Assembly: GCF_000737315.1 (NCBI RefSeq)
Contig: NZ_JMCB01000005.1
Span: forward strand, 434,001 to 498,000
Length of the DNA stretch: 64,000 bases
Reading direction: 5' to 3'
From: Hyalangium minutum
GTDB lineage: Bacteria; Myxococcota; Myxococcia; Myxococcales; Myxococcaceae
The position numbers were made by a program, and so were the translations under genes. Shown here one piece after another: positions 21,344 through 31,590 of this stretch. The notes under the pieces are model-generated. The model made no database searches. It was not told the DNA's origin and saw only the letters and a program-made list of their open reading frames with translations. Position 1 is the stretch's first letter. Each line of letters opens with the position of its first letter.

Positions 21344-23032
21344 TCACAGCGAGCCCACCAAGGCGCGCAGCTCCTCGTCTTCCGGGATGGGAGAGAGCGC
21401 GCCCCCCTGGAGCCCTCGGGAGCGTTGCTGCTCTCCGCCGAGCTGGAGTGACTCCGCCAGCAGCGAGCGCGCCTGATCGCGCTTGCCTTGCAGGAAGGCG
21501 ATGTAGCCCGCATTCCACAGCGCCGTGGGGCCGCGGGGCTGACGCTCCAGCGAGGCGGCGATCTTCGCGCTCGCCCGCTCCAGGAATGCCAGCGCCTGGT
21601 CCCGCTTCTGTACCCAGCACCGCTTCGCCTCGAAGATGAGCACCACGCCCGCGTCGTTGAGGGCCTCGGCGACGCGCTCGCGCACGGAGGCTTCGGGCGC
21701 TCCGTGGTACCGGCGCGCGACCTCCTCGTAGGCCGCCAGGGACTCTTCGAGCCGGTTCAGCTTCCAGAGGATCTCTCCCTTGCAGGCGAGCCCCCGCGCG
21801 ACCTCCTCGCGCACCTCCGGCTCGGTGTCGCCGCCATAGCGGCGGTCGAGCTCGTCGAAGGCGGCCACCTCCTCCTCGCGCCGATCCATCCGGCCGAGGA
21901 ACACGGCCTTGTAGGCCAGAGACTTGGCCATCCGGGCGCGGACCAGGACGGGCTCGCTCGGGCCGCCGTAGCGCGGAATCATCGCCTCGTAGAAGGCGAG
22001 CGCCTCGGGCGTCTGCTTCAGGTTCCCCAGGACGACGCCCTTATAGAGGATGGCCTCGGCCACCGCGTCCCGCAGCGCGGGCTCGGACGCCTTGTCGAAC
22101 CGGCGGAGCACCTCGTCGAAGACGGAGAGCATTTCCTCGGAGCGGTGCTGCTGCCGGAGCACCTCGGCCTTCGCCAGCAGCGCTTGGGCCACTTTCTCGC
22201 GCGCTGCATGCTCCCGGGACTCGCTGTGGTCGCGGAGCACCTGCTCAACCGAGGCCAGCTCCACCTCCGCGCTCTTGAGCATCTCCAGGGTCCGGCCCAG
22301 GCCCTCTTGCGCCGCGGTCACCATGTCCCGGAGCCGGGCATCGCTGGCGCCGCGGAAGTGGTCCATCAGCGTCTCGTAGCAGGAGAGTGCCTCACGCGGG
22401 CGGTTCGAGAGCCGCAGGAAGATGGCCTTGCTCAGGAGCGCCAGGGCTGCGTGGTAGCGCAGCACCACGTCGCTCGCACCGGCGAAGCGGCGGAACACCT
22501 CGTCATAGAGGGGCAGCCCCTCGTCGAGCCGGTTCAGCTCACCCAGCGCATCGGCCTTGGCCAGGAGCGCTCCGGCCATCACCTGCGCCAGGCCCGCCTC
22601 GTCCGCGCCGTCGTGCCGCTGGAGCACCTCGTCGCAGAGGGGCACGGCCGCCTCGGACTGGCCGAGGTTCATCAGCGCGTGGGCCTTGTGGATGAGCACC
22701 TTGGACGTCAGCTCTCGCAGCTTCGTATCGGTGGAAGCCGCGAAGAGCCGGAGCGCCTCGTTGCAGCTGGCCAGGGAGTCCTCGAAGCGCTCCAGCTGCC
22801 CGAGCGTGATGGCCTTGCCGATGAAGGCTCGGGCCACTTGGACTTGCACGGCCTGCGCGCTGGAGCTTCCAAACCGCTGGAACAGCTGGCCCATGAGGGC
22901 CAGGGCCTCCTCGTACTGACGCTGGTCCATGAGCGAGTGGGCGTTGTCGACGAGCGCCTGGGCGGCCTGCTCCGGGGCCTCCCCCATGCTCGCTTCGCCA
23001 GTCCTTCGGCTCACTTCGTTCTCGGCAGCCAT
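21344..23032 (-). CDS. Tetratricopeptide-repeat protein
   Basis: About ten helical repeats such as EVLRRF..ASEPALR..VA.A...KG..L. Confidence 0.8.
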   Translation of the reverse strand: MAAENEVSRRTGEASMGEAPEQAAQALVDNAHSLMDQRQYEEALALMGQLFQRFGSSSAQAVQVQVARAFIGKAITLGQLERFEDSLASCNEALRLFAASTDTKLRELTSKVLIHKAHALMNLGQSEAAVPLCDEVLQRHDGADEAGLAQVMAGALLAKADALGELNRLDEGLPLYDEVFRRFAGASDVVLRYHAALALLSKAIFLRLSNRPREALSCYETLMDHFRGASDARLRDMVTAAQEGLGRTLEMLKSAEVELASVEQVLRDHSESREHAAREKVAQALLAKAEVLRQQHRSEEMLSVFDEVLRRFDKASEPALRDAVAEAILYKGVVLGNLKQTPEALAFYEAMIPRYGGPSEPVLVRARMAKSLAYKAVFLGRMDRREEEVAAFDELDRRYGGDTEPEVREEVARGLACKGEILWKLNRLEESLAAYEEVARRYHGAPEASVRERVAEALNDAGVVLIFEAKRCWVQKRDQALAFLERASAKIAASLERQPRGPTALWNAGYIAFLQGKRDQARSLLAESLQLGGEQQRSRGLQGGALSPIPEDEELRALVGSL

Positions 23033-23188
23033 GGGCTCCTCGTCTTGCTGATGCCTTTGTCCTACTCCCCCTGGCCGTGTCCAGTGGAGCATAGGACGGA
23101 CTCAGCCGCTCATGCGACCCTTGTCGACTTGCCTTTCGGATGCGGAGCATCGAGAGTCCCGGCCCCGCGAGAATCCGCCCGAGCCTTG

Positions 23189-24268
23189 ATGCGACAGGAC
23201 TCCGACCCCTCACCTCCCTCGCGTGGCCGCGTGTGGAGTGTCACCGTTGCGTCACTGCTGGGAGCGGCGCTGGCGGAGGGGCTCCACCTGCCCGCGGGGG
23301 CGTTGCTGGGAGGGATGTTGGTGGCGCTCGTGGGCTCCGTGTTCGCTTCCGTGCGCGTGCCCATTCCGAGAGCCCTGCAAATGGCCGCTCCAGCGGTGCT
23401 GGGGGCCGCTCTGTGCGCGGCCTTCCGGCCCTCTGCCTGGGCCGCGCTCGCCGAGCACTGGCCCATTGCTCTCCTCAACGTGGTGGCGGTGGTGGCCATC
23501 GCACAGGGGGTGGCGCTCGTCTTTGCCCGGTTGAGTGGCCTGGACGTCCGGACCGTCACCCTGGGCCTCATGCCGGGAGGGGCGTCGGCGATGGTGGTGC
23601 TCAGCGAGGAGCTGGGCGCGGACTCACGCCTGGTGACGCTCTTCCAGTACGTGCGCCTGGGCGTCGTCATCCTCGTGGCGGGCGCGGTGGGCCGATGGGC
23701 CATTGATACGCCTCAGCTCCCGGTGGCCTCCGCCTCAGCGCTTCCCGGTGCGCCGCCTCCGGGGCTGGCGTGGGGCGTGACGCTGCTCGTGGCCGCCGTG
23801 GGGGGCTGGGGGGGCATGCGGCTGCGGCTGCCGGCGGGGGCTTTCCTCGGGCCGCTGCTGGTGGGGGTGCCGCTCACGGCGCTGGGCATTCCGGTGGGCG
23901 CGTTGCCGCCGGGACTGCTGGCGCTGTTGATGTGGGTGCTCGGCGTGCGCGTGGGCAGCCAGTTCGATGCCGAGGCCGTGTGGCGGCTGCGGCGCGTGGC
24001 GGTGGGAGCACTCGGGGGCGCGGTGGCGGTGGTGGGCGGCTGCGTGCTGCTGGCCTGGGCGTGGTCCTCGCTCGGAGGCGTGGACTTGCTCACCACCTAC
24101 TTCGCCACCTCACCTGGGGGAGCGGATACGATGCTGGCCATCGCGCTGGGGACGCATGCGAGCTTGCCGCTCGTACTCTCAGTCCAGGTGGGGCGACTAC
24201 TGCTCGTCTTCTTCGTGGTCCCCATCCTCTTTCGGCGCCTGTCTCCGGGCCGCCGCAATCCTTTGTGA
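23189..24268 (+). CDS. abrB: AbrB-family duplicated membrane protein
   Basis: Two repeats of LPAG.LLG.., MPGGASAM/SPGGADTM; start ATG 23189. Confidence 0.8.
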   Translation: MRQDSDPSPPSRGRVWSVTVASLLGAALAEGLHLPAGALLGGMLVALVGSVFASVRVPIPRALQMAAPAVLGAALCAAFRPSAWAALAEHWPIALLNVVAVVAIAQGVALVFARLSGLDVRTVTLGLMPGGASAMVVLSEELGADSRLVTLFQYVRLGVVILVAGAVGRWAIDTPQLPVASASALPGAPPPGLAWGVTLLVAAVGGWGGMRLRLPAGAFLGPLLVGVPLTALGIPVGALPPGLLALLMWVLGVRVGSQFDAEAVWRLRRVAVGALGGAVAVVGGCVLLAWAWSSLGGVDLLTTYFATSPGGADTMLAIALGTHASLPLVLSVQVGRLLLVFFVVPILFRRLSPGRRNPL

Positions 24269-24304
24269 TGTGATCCAAATCTTCCCCCCACTAAAGTCCC
24301 GCGG

Positions 24305-26140
24305 ATGCACTGGCACTTGCTCTTGAAGAGCGCGGTCATGGGGGCCGTGCTGTTCGCGATGTCCGGACTCATCGGGGCCGACGCGCACGCCCAGCAATGC
24401 GGTCCCGAGACGCCTCCGCCGGTCAAGCCGCTCAATGACCAGATGAGCGACACGCGGCTTTTGCGGCGCATCGTGCTCGGGCTTACCGGGACAACGCCGG
24501 CCATCGAGCAGTATGAGGCGATGGCGGCTGCGGCCACACCTGAGGCCCGCGAAGTGCTCCTGCGCTCGGCGCTGGATGACGCGCTCGCCTCGCCGAAGTT
24601 CTACGAGCGGATGCTGCGCTTCGGGCATGAGTGGCTCGCGGTGGGCGCGTACACCACCGGCGCTGCCGGCGACGCCTACCAGGGCGACATGTCCGGCCAC
24701 CTCTTTGCCTGCCCCGCCAACAGCCTGCACCCGGGCGCGTACTACCACGTGAACGAGTTTGGGTCGGGGGACCCGGGCCTGCAGTGCAAGGACCAGAACG
24801 GAGCCGGCAATCCCGCTGTGCCCGAGGTGCACACGGTGGAGCCCTGGTGGGCGCCGGGAACGACGGTCGAGGTGCTCGGCAAGGCCGGCTCCTCCGTCAC
24901 CCAGGTCGTCGACGCCCAGGGGAAGACGCTCGACTGCGGCGTCGCCAGCGGCGGCTACTACGATCCCATGCTGTCCGCCGGGTGCGGCTGTGGACCGAAT
25001 CTGGTGTGGTGCGCACCGCTCGTCGGACTGAACACCAGCAGCAACTTCAATCTCGGCGTTCAACGGCGCCATCCGTACGAGGAGCCCGCGCGCCTCTTCG
25101 CGCACCTCGCGTGGCACGATCGGCCGCTGTCGGACCTCGTCATCGGCAACTACTCCGTGGGAACCAACTGGTTGCGCGCGTTGTACGTGCGCTTCGGTCG
25201 GCAGCAGGGCAGCACCGCGCTGGACGCGAACACGACCTGGTGGCGCCCCGCCGCGGACAACGCACCTCGCGATCCGCTGCACCCGGCGCCGGATGATCCG
25301 CAGGCGTGGCGCGAGTTCGTGGTCGAAGAGCTGGAGCCCTTCCACCTCGCGCTGACCACCGATCGAGCGCGCTCCGGCAGTCTCGAGCGCACCTACCGCT
25401 TCGATCCTCGCACTACGACCGAAGCCCCCCAGGGACTTCCCACCGCCGGGGTGCTCACCATGATGGGCGCGATGTCCTCGTTCCCGCGCGAGCGCGTCCG
25501 AGCCGCGCGCTTCCTGGAGATGTTCGCCTGTCAGAGCTTCTCGCCGCCCCCCTCGGACGTGCACTTCCCTCCATACGAGAGCGATCCTGCGACCGGCGGA
25601 ACGTGCCAGCACTGCCACAAGACGCTCGATCCCGCGGCGATCTCCTTCAAGCGGTGGGACTTCAGTCCGTTCCAGAGCTACTACGTCCCGTGGCCCTTCA
25701 TCCCAGGCGTGGGCCGTCATCGCGTCACGAAAGAGTGGCTGTCCGGGCAGTACCCGCACACGGGCACCTCGCCGGGATACCGCTGGAGAAACGCGTTCCT
25801 TCCCAACACCCTGTTGACCCCGGTCACCCCCGAGCAGATCAAGGCCAATCCGGAAGCGGTGCTGCTCGACACGATGCCCGAGTCATACACGCTGCTCGGT
25901 GAGCACGGCGACGGCACGATGGGCCCGCTCGGGTTCGGAAAGCTCCTCGTCCGCTCCGGTGAGTTCGACCGCTGTGCCTCGCGCAGGCTCTACGCGATGT
26001 TCATCGGCCGCGAGCTGAATCCGGCCACCGAGAAGGGCTTCATCGACAAGCTCGCGAGGGAGTTCGTCGCACGCGACCGCAAGCTCCGTCCCTTCATCCG
26101 TTACCTCTTCGAACAGTCCGAGCTGCGGAGGGGCCTGTGA
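24305..26140 (+). CDS. Exported DUF1585/DUF1588-like protein with CxxCH
   Basis: Signal peptide; RLLRRI.L.LTG..P, AGVLT, CQHCH..LDP, GRE-type C-terminus. Confidence 0.6.
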   Translation: MHWHLLLKSAVMGAVLFAMSGLIGADAHAQQCGPETPPPVKPLNDQMSDTRLLRRIVLGLTGTTPAIEQYEAMAAAATPEAREVLLRSALDDALASPKFYERMLRFGHEWLAVGAYTTGAAGDAYQGDMSGHLFACPANSLHPGAYYHVNEFGSGDPGLQCKDQNGAGNPAVPEVHTVEPWWAPGTTVEVLGKAGSSVTQVVDAQGKTLDCGVASGGYYDPMLSAGCGCGPNLVWCAPLVGLNTSSNFNLGVQRRHPYEEPARLFAHLAWHDRPLSDLVIGNYSVGTNWLRALYVRFGRQQGSTALDANTTWWRPAADNAPRDPLHPAPDDPQAWREFVVEELEPFHLALTTDRARSGSLERTYRFDPRTTTEAPQGLPTAGVLTMMGAMSSFPRERVRAARFLEMFACQSFSPPPSDVHFPPYESDPATGGTCQHCHKTLDPAAISFKRWDFSPFQSYYVPWPFIPGVGRHRVTKEWLSGQYPHTGTSPGYRWRNAFLPNTLLTPVTPEQIKANPEAVLLDTMPESYTLLGEHGDGTMGPLGFGKLLVRSGEFDRCASRRLYAMFIGRELNPATEKGFIDKLAREFVARDRKLRPFIRYLFEQSELRRGL

Positions 26141-27195
26141 TGAGCCAGTTGCGTTCGATGCTGGGAGCCGCAGTGCTGGCCTCTCTCACACTCACCTTGG
26201 GGGCCTGCTTCGGCTCGGCCAGCACCACGGACACGAGAACCCCCAATGCCGAGGAGCCAGACGAGGGGGAGAGCTGCGCGGCCTTGAACAAGAACGATGA
26301 GATCCGGCTCGCGCTCGCGCCCGCATGCCAGGGCTGTCACCTCACCGGTAACAAGCCGTTCTTCGGCTCGCTGTCCGCGTTCGAGAGTGGGCTCGTGTAC
26401 AACGAGAGGTACGTCAAGCGCGGGGACCCCGAGAACAGCTTGCTGGTCCAGCTGCTCAAGGGCGTCGCACCTGGAAGCTATCCCCAGATGCCGCTTGGGC
26501 AGACCTACAGCGAGCTCGTCACCAGCGGCCGTGTCACGCTGACCCTCGAGCAGGTGGAGGCCTGGATTCGCGATCTGCCTGCTCCGCCCGCGCAGCTGGA
26601 GACTCCGTCTCCGGAAGAGTTCCACGTCCGCCGGCTGTCCGCCGACGAGATGGTGGTGAGCTTGATGGAGCAGCTCGGGCTCACGCTCGAGGACTTCGTC
26701 AGCACCAGCGATCCCAACTGGAGGAACAAGGCGTACGTGGTGAATGGCGGCAAGCTCTTCGTATGGCCCGGGGATTGGGCGCCCGGCATCTCGACCGAGT
26801 ATGTCTCCGACTCCCGCAGCGTCGAGCGGTACGAGGCGCTGGGAGGCGGCAACTCGCTCCTGTACCGCAAGCGGGACGTGAGCTTCGGTCCCTCCGCCGC
26901 GCAGACGCTGGTCCAGATGTCGCAAGCCTGGTGCGCGCGCGCGGTGGACAAGAGAAACAACACGGCGGTGTTGCGCTACGTGACGCTCTCCGACAGCTCC
27001 TCCCGCAGCCCGGACGCGGTGCGGAGAAACCTGAGCACGCTCTACCTGCGCATGCTCGGACAGCCGCCTTCGGAGGCGGAAGCGAGCGCGTTGTACGAGC
27101 AGGTCTATCTGCCGCTCGAGGCGCAGAGCACGCGCTTGGCCTGGATTGGCGTCTGCGCGGCGCTCATCCGTCACCCGCTGTGGATCACCTACTGA
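26137..27195 (+). CDS. Lipoprotein with c-type heme motif
   Basis: Lipobox LGAC; CQGCH; YPQMP; C-terminal LGQPPSEAE..WIGVCAALIRHP. Confidence 0.65.
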   Translation: MMSQLRSMLGAAVLASLTLTLGACFGSASTTDTRTPNAEEPDEGESCAALNKNDEIRLALAPACQGCHLTGNKPFFGSLSAFESGLVYNERYVKRGDPENSLLVQLLKGVAPGSYPQMPLGQTYSELVTSGRVTLTLEQVEAWIRDLPAPPAQLETPSPEEFHVRRLSADEMVVSLMEQLGLTLEDFVSTSDPNWRNKAYVVNGGKLFVWPGDWAPGISTEYVSDSRSVERYEALGGGNSLLYRKRDVSFGPSAAQTLVQMSQAWCARAVDKRNNTAVLRYVTLSDSSSRSPDAVRRNLSTLYLRMLGQPPSEAEASALYEQVYLPLEAQSTRLAWIGVCAALIRHPLWITY

Positions 27196-27207
27196 GCCGA
27201 GGACATT

Positions 27208-28788
27208 ATGAGGAACACCTCTCGTCGCACGCTGCTCAAGTGGGCCCTCGGAGCGGGACAGCTCGCGCTCCTCGAACGCGCGGGGCTCCTCGGCTCGAGC
27301 CCTGCTTACGCCGCGGGCATGGACGTCCCCTCACGGCTCGCAGTGCTCTACATCCCGGGTGGCTACCGGCCGGCGTACTACTTCACCCCGATGGAGGACG
27401 CCGACATTCCGCTCTGCGTCCCGGCCCCCTCCAACTACAGCGGCGAGCCCGTCTTCTTCGACGCGAGCAAGGTGGTGGACCTCGCGGCCGCGAACGGACC
27501 CTACAAGCCGCTGCGAACCTGGCAGTCGTGGAACCCCGCCGACCCCGCCGCGCGAGGCAGCTTCAGCCCGCTCATGTATGGCTACACGCACTTCGCGCTG
27601 CATGAGCAGCTGAGCGTCCTGCACGGCATCGACCAGGGCACCAACGACCACGCGAGTGCGTTCATCTCCTCCATGTGCGGTGTCGCCGGTGCGGACTACC
27701 GGGCGCCGGCCGTTCACTCGGTCATCGCCAATCACCTGTTCGAGAGGTACCGCGAGAGCAGACCGCTGCCGTTCGTGGTTGTCGCCGGTGAGCGCGGCAC
27801 GCCGCTGGGAATGGGGCTGCCCTCACACGCCTCGCCCGTTCGCGTGCCGTCCATCGAGTCGCTCAAGCCGCAGCTCTCCGCCAAGCCCGCGGATAACCCC
27901 TGGTGGACGGGGCTTGATGCGCGCACCGAAGCTCCCGAGCTGGACGCACGCGGGCAGCCCACCGGTAGCACCCTGAAGACGACCACGGTGGAGCGCTTCT
28001 CGCTCTCGCGCGCTCAGCCGTTGATGGACCGATCGACGGCGAAGGTGGACAACTACCTCGAAGGTCTGCATGGCTCGCTGGCGTCGGTCTCGCGCGTGCT
28101 CGCGACGGATGTCGTGTCCATGCTGGAGCGCACCAAAGGCATCGACACGCTGACGGCGAACCGCCCCGCGTACCTGTCGAGCTACCTGTCGAACCAATCG
28201 TTCACGTACACCTTCGGTCTCGCGAACTTCCACCTCACCGGGCTCGACCCGCGGATGGATCTCGCGCTGCGCCTGCTCAAGTCGGACCTCTGCACCTCGG
28301 TGCACGTCTCGTTGCAGCTCGACTTCGACACCCACAACGGCCTGGGCCATGGCTACAGCTGCGCACACGGCCGCGGGCTGATGGACTGCGTCGCGCGCTT
28401 CCTGGGCGAGCTCAAGGCTGCTCCGGCTCCCGGTAAGCCGGGCAAGACACTGCTCGATGACACGCTCGTGCTGGTGATGAGCGAGTTCGGCCGCAGCTGG
28501 GCCTCGCGCGGAAGCGACGGCACCTACAGCCTGCCGGATGATCATCACCCCTACACCTCGGTCTGCTTCGCGGGCGGAAACGTAGCGGGGAACCGGCAGG
28601 TGGGCTCGTACACCCCGCGCGGGCTCGGCGTCCCCGTGGACCTCATCGAGGAGACCGGTCAGCCCTCGAGGCGCGTGCCCAGATCCGCGGACGTCGTGAC
28701 CACCGCGCTGCGGATCATGGGCATGGAAGCGCACGACTTCTTCATCCCCGGTGGCTACGGAGAGGTCGTGGGGCTTCGGAAGGCGTGA
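27208..28788 (+). CDS. DUF1501-family protein with Tat signal
   Basis: SRRTLLK; FDTHNG; LLDDTLVLVMSEFGRS; DHHP. Confidence 0.8.
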   Translation: MRNTSRRTLLKWALGAGQLALLERAGLLGSSPAYAAGMDVPSRLAVLYIPGGYRPAYYFTPMEDADIPLCVPAPSNYSGEPVFFDASKVVDLAAANGPYKPLRTWQSWNPADPAARGSFSPLMYGYTHFALHEQLSVLHGIDQGTNDHASAFISSMCGVAGADYRAPAVHSVIANHLFERYRESRPLPFVVVAGERGTPLGMGLPSHASPVRVPSIESLKPQLSAKPADNPWWTGLDARTEAPELDARGQPTGSTLKTTTVERFSLSRAQPLMDRSTAKVDNYLEGLHGSLASVSRVLATDVVSMLERTKGIDTLTANRPAYLSSYLSNQSFTYTFGLANFHLTGLDPRMDLALRLLKSDLCTSVHVSLQLDFDTHNGLGHGYSCAHGRGLMDCVARFLGELKAAPAPGKPGKTLLDDTLVLVMSEFGRSWASRGSDGTYSLPDDHHPYTSVCFAGGNVAGNRQVGSYTPRGLGVPVDLIEETGQPSRRVPRSADVVTTALRIMGMEAHDFFIPGGYGEVVGLRKA

Positions 28789-28803
28789 GGGGCTCTGCTA
28801 GGC

Positions 28804-29748
28804 CTACCCTGGCTTTGAACGCAGGGCCTGGTAGGCGCGCTTCCCCGCCATCACGGCCAGCAGGATGAGTGCCCCGGCAACGATTCCGGACAACGCATCC
28901 ATGATGGTCGGCACCACCGCTTGCAGGACTCCTCCCACCCCCGGCACGTTCCCCGCGCCATGGGCGATCCCCTCGATGAGGTGATGCAGGGGAGGGATGC
29001 CGTGGGTGAGGATGCCGCCGCCGACCATGAACATGGCGGCCGTGCCGGCGATGGACAGCCCCTTCATCAGGTACGGAGAGGCCACCAGGAGCCCGCGGCC
29101 CAGCGTGCGCTGGAATGAGCCCTTCTTCTGGGTGAGATAGAGCCCCGCATCGTCGAGTTTGACGATGCCAGCGACCAGCCCATAGACGCCGACCGTCATG
29201 ATGATGGCGATGCCGATCAGGACGGCGACTCGCTGCCCGAAGGTCGCGTTGACGAGCGTGCCCAGCGAGATGACGACGATCTCCGCCGAGAGGATGAAGT
29301 CCGTACGGATCGCGCCTTGGATCTTGGCCTTCTCGAAGGCAACGAGGTCCACCGCAGGGTCGGCGACGGCCTTGACGAGCTCGCCGTGGTGGGCTTCGTC
29401 CTCGGCCTTGTTGTGCAAGAACTTGTGGGCCAGTTTTTCAAAGCCTTCGAAGCAGAGGAAGGCACCGCCCACCATCAACAGCGGGATGATCGCCCAGGGA
29501 ATAAAGGTGCTGATGGCCAGGGCGGCGGGCACCAGAATGGCCTTGTTGACCAGGGAGCCCTTCGCGACCGCGAAGACGACAGGCAGCTCGCGATCGACGG
29601 TGACGCCGGCCACCTGCTGAGCATTGAGCGCGAGATCGTCACCGAGGACTCCCGCGGTCTTTTGGGTCGCGACCTTGGTCATCGCCGCGACGTCGTCCAG
29701 GAGGCTGGCGATGTCATCAATCAGGGTCAGGAGGTTGCTACCGGCCAA
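28804..29748 (-). CDS. yedI: DUF808 (YedI-like) inner-membrane protein
   Basis: MAGSNLLTLIDDIA, AGVLGDDLALNAQQV, GAIRTDFILSAEI. Confidence 0.9.
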   Translation of the reverse strand: MAGSNLLTLIDDIASLLDDVAAMTKVATQKTAGVLGDDLALNAQQVAGVTVDRELPVVFAVAKGSLVNKAILVPAALAISTFIPWAIIPLLMVGGAFLCFEGFEKLAHKFLHNKAEDEAHHGELVKAVADPAVDLVAFEKAKIQGAIRTDFILSAEIVVISLGTLVNATFGQRVAVLIGIAIIMTVGVYGLVAGIVKLDDAGLYLTQKKGSFQRTLGRGLLVASPYLMKGLSIAGTAAMFMVGGGILTHGIPPLHHLIEGIAHGAGNVPGVGGVLQAVVPTIMDALSGIVAGALILLAVMAGKRAYQALRSKPG

Positions 29749-29793
29749 GAGGGTCTCCCTGTGGGTTGAGTCGAACCACGAATGGCCGCAACA

Positions 29794-31560
29794 CTACTTC
29801 AAAGCTGGCGGCAGTGCCTGTGACAGCGCCTGCTCCAGCTCGCGCCCGTGCGTGGTGTAGAGCTCCCTCCACTCAAACCCCGTGGGCAGCGTTCCTCCCT
29901 GGCCGACGAAGAGGTACACGAACAGATCCAGCAGGAGCCTTTGCGAGGACGTTCCACAGTAGCGCCCCAGGGGGTGGGGCTCTCGCCCCTCCGCTGGGAG
30001 AATCTCTCGCGCCACGCGCTCCAGCTCATCGGCGGTGTGGCGTACAGCCGAGGGAGCCGCCAGCTTGCGGCGCTCGGTAATTTCCTCGGCGAAGGGCGCG
30101 GGCAGCACGCGGCGAGCCACTTCGCGCAGCAACACCTTCCGCGTCCTCCCCCGGACGCGCTGCTCCCAGGGGAGCGAGAGCGCCAGGTCCCGGATCCTTC
30201 GATCCAGGTAGGGCACCCGCACCTCCAGGCCGCTCGCCATGGAGCCTCCATCCCAGACGCGCAGGTGCGCGTCCGTGAGCTGCCCCTCCAAGAAGAAGCG
30301 GTAGAAAGCCTCACGGGCCGCGGCTTCGTCTGGGAGGGCCACCGCCCGCAGAGCCGCCTTGGTGGAGGCGCACTCCTCCACGGGCACCGTGCCCGTCCGA
30401 ATCATCCGGTTGTAGCTCTCCACGCAGGACTTCAGCCATGGCGCGGAGCTCGCGTGGAGGACGTAGCCCGCGAAGAGCTCATCGGCCCCATCCCCGCAGA
30501 GCACCGCCTTGACGTGGTGACGGATGGCAGGAGCCGCCGTCTCCACAATGGTGGGCTCCGAGGGCCCCTCGATCGCGACGAGCGCACGCGGCAGGGACTC
30601 CAGCAGCTCGGCGGGGCGGAAGATGTACTCGTGGTGCCGCGTCCCCAGCGCCTCGGCGAGCCTCCGGCTCATGGCAAGGTCCGCCGACTCCGGATCATCC
30701 GCGAGCGAGAAGGTATGCAGCGCCGGCGAGCCCTCACGCGCCAGCAACGCGGCCAGCAGGGAGCTGTCCACGCCCCCTGAGAGAAAGAGCCCCACCGGGT
30801 GATCCGCCGCTCGCTGCCACCGTACCGAGCTCGTGAGCAGCTCGAGCAGCAACTCGGCCAGCTCCTCCTCACGCGTGGGCAGCGTGAGCGGGCGCGGCGC
30901 GCTGTGGCGGCCGGGGCGAAGCTCCAGGAGCCCATCCGGGCGGCGAGAGATCTCCAGCGTGCCACCGGGCGGCACTTGGCGAATGGCCCGGAAGAGCGTG
31001 CGCTCACCGAGCAGAAAGCGAAAGGTGGCCCACTCGAAGAGCGCCGTGCGATCGAGCTCCCGCGGCAGCGAGGGGTCCACCAGCAGCGCCTTCAGCTCCG
31101 AGGCAAACAGGAGCCGGCGGCCCCCGTCCACGAGCGCGTAGTACAGCGGCTTGATGCCGAAGGCATCCCTCGCCAGGGTGAGCCGCTCGCCGTCCGAGAG
31201 GGCGAAGGCGAACATGCCCTCCATCTCCTCCAGCCAGGCCATGCCCCGGCGCTCCAGGCCGCGCAGCACCACCTCGGTGTCGCTGCGTGTCCTCAAGGGG
31301 GGGCCCTCTCGCTCGAGCTCCCGGCGCAGCTCCACCGTGTTGTAGAGCTCGCCGTTGTAGGCGAGCGTCAACCCGGCCGGGCCGGACATGGGCTGCGCTC
31401 CCCCCTCCATGTCCACGAGGCTCAGGCGCGTGCTGCCCAGGCCCGCGTGGCCTACCACCGCCGTTCCCCATCCGTCCGGGCCCCGGTGCTCGAGCCGGCG
31501 TGTCATGCGCTCGAGCAACGCTCGATCCGGCTCACCAAAAATCCCTGCGATGCCGCACAC
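29794..31560 (-). CDS. Asparagine synthetase (AsnB)-like Gln amidotransferase, putative RiPP tailoring enzyme
   Basis: MCGIAG (catalytic Cys), HRGPDG, LSGGVDSS, GDGADELFAGY, EVRVPYLD. Confidence 0.88.
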   Translation of the reverse strand: MCGIAGIFGEPDRALLERMTRRLEHRGPDGWGTAVVGHAGLGSTRLSLVDMEGGAQPMSGPAGLTLAYNGELYNTVELRRELEREGPPLRTRSDTEVVLRGLERRGMAWLEEMEGMFAFALSDGERLTLARDAFGIKPLYYALVDGGRRLLFASELKALLVDPSLPRELDRTALFEWATFRFLLGERTLFRAIRQVPPGGTLEISRRPDGLLELRPGRHSAPRPLTLPTREEELAELLLELLTSSVRWQRAADHPVGLFLSGGVDSSLLAALLAREGSPALHTFSLADDPESADLAMSRRLAEALGTRHHEYIFRPAELLESLPRALVAIEGPSEPTIVETAAPAIRHHVKAVLCGDGADELFAGYVLHASSAPWLKSCVESYNRMIRTGTVPVEECASTKAALRAVALPDEAAAREAFYRFFLEGQLTDAHLRVWDGGSMASGLEVRVPYLDRRIRDLALSLPWEQRVRGRTRKVLLREVARRVLPAPFAEEITERRKLAAPSAVRHTADELERVAREILPAEGREPHPLGRYCGTSSQRLLLDLFVYLFVGQGGTLPTGFEWRELYTTHGRELEQALSQALPPALK

Positions 31561-31590
31561 GGGACGCTCCTCGCGGATGAACGAGCCGCC

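Noticed and set aside
28804-29748. DUF808 gene as part of the RiPP cluster
   Set aside because: It is on the same strand and 45 bp away, but it is a widespread standalone family with no peptide-related features; membership is unsupported.
29794-31560. AsnB-like gene as a lasso peptide cyclase
   Set aside because: It keeps the catalytic N-terminal Cys glutaminase domain, and no transglutaminase-like B2 peptidase or lasso-type precursor is present.
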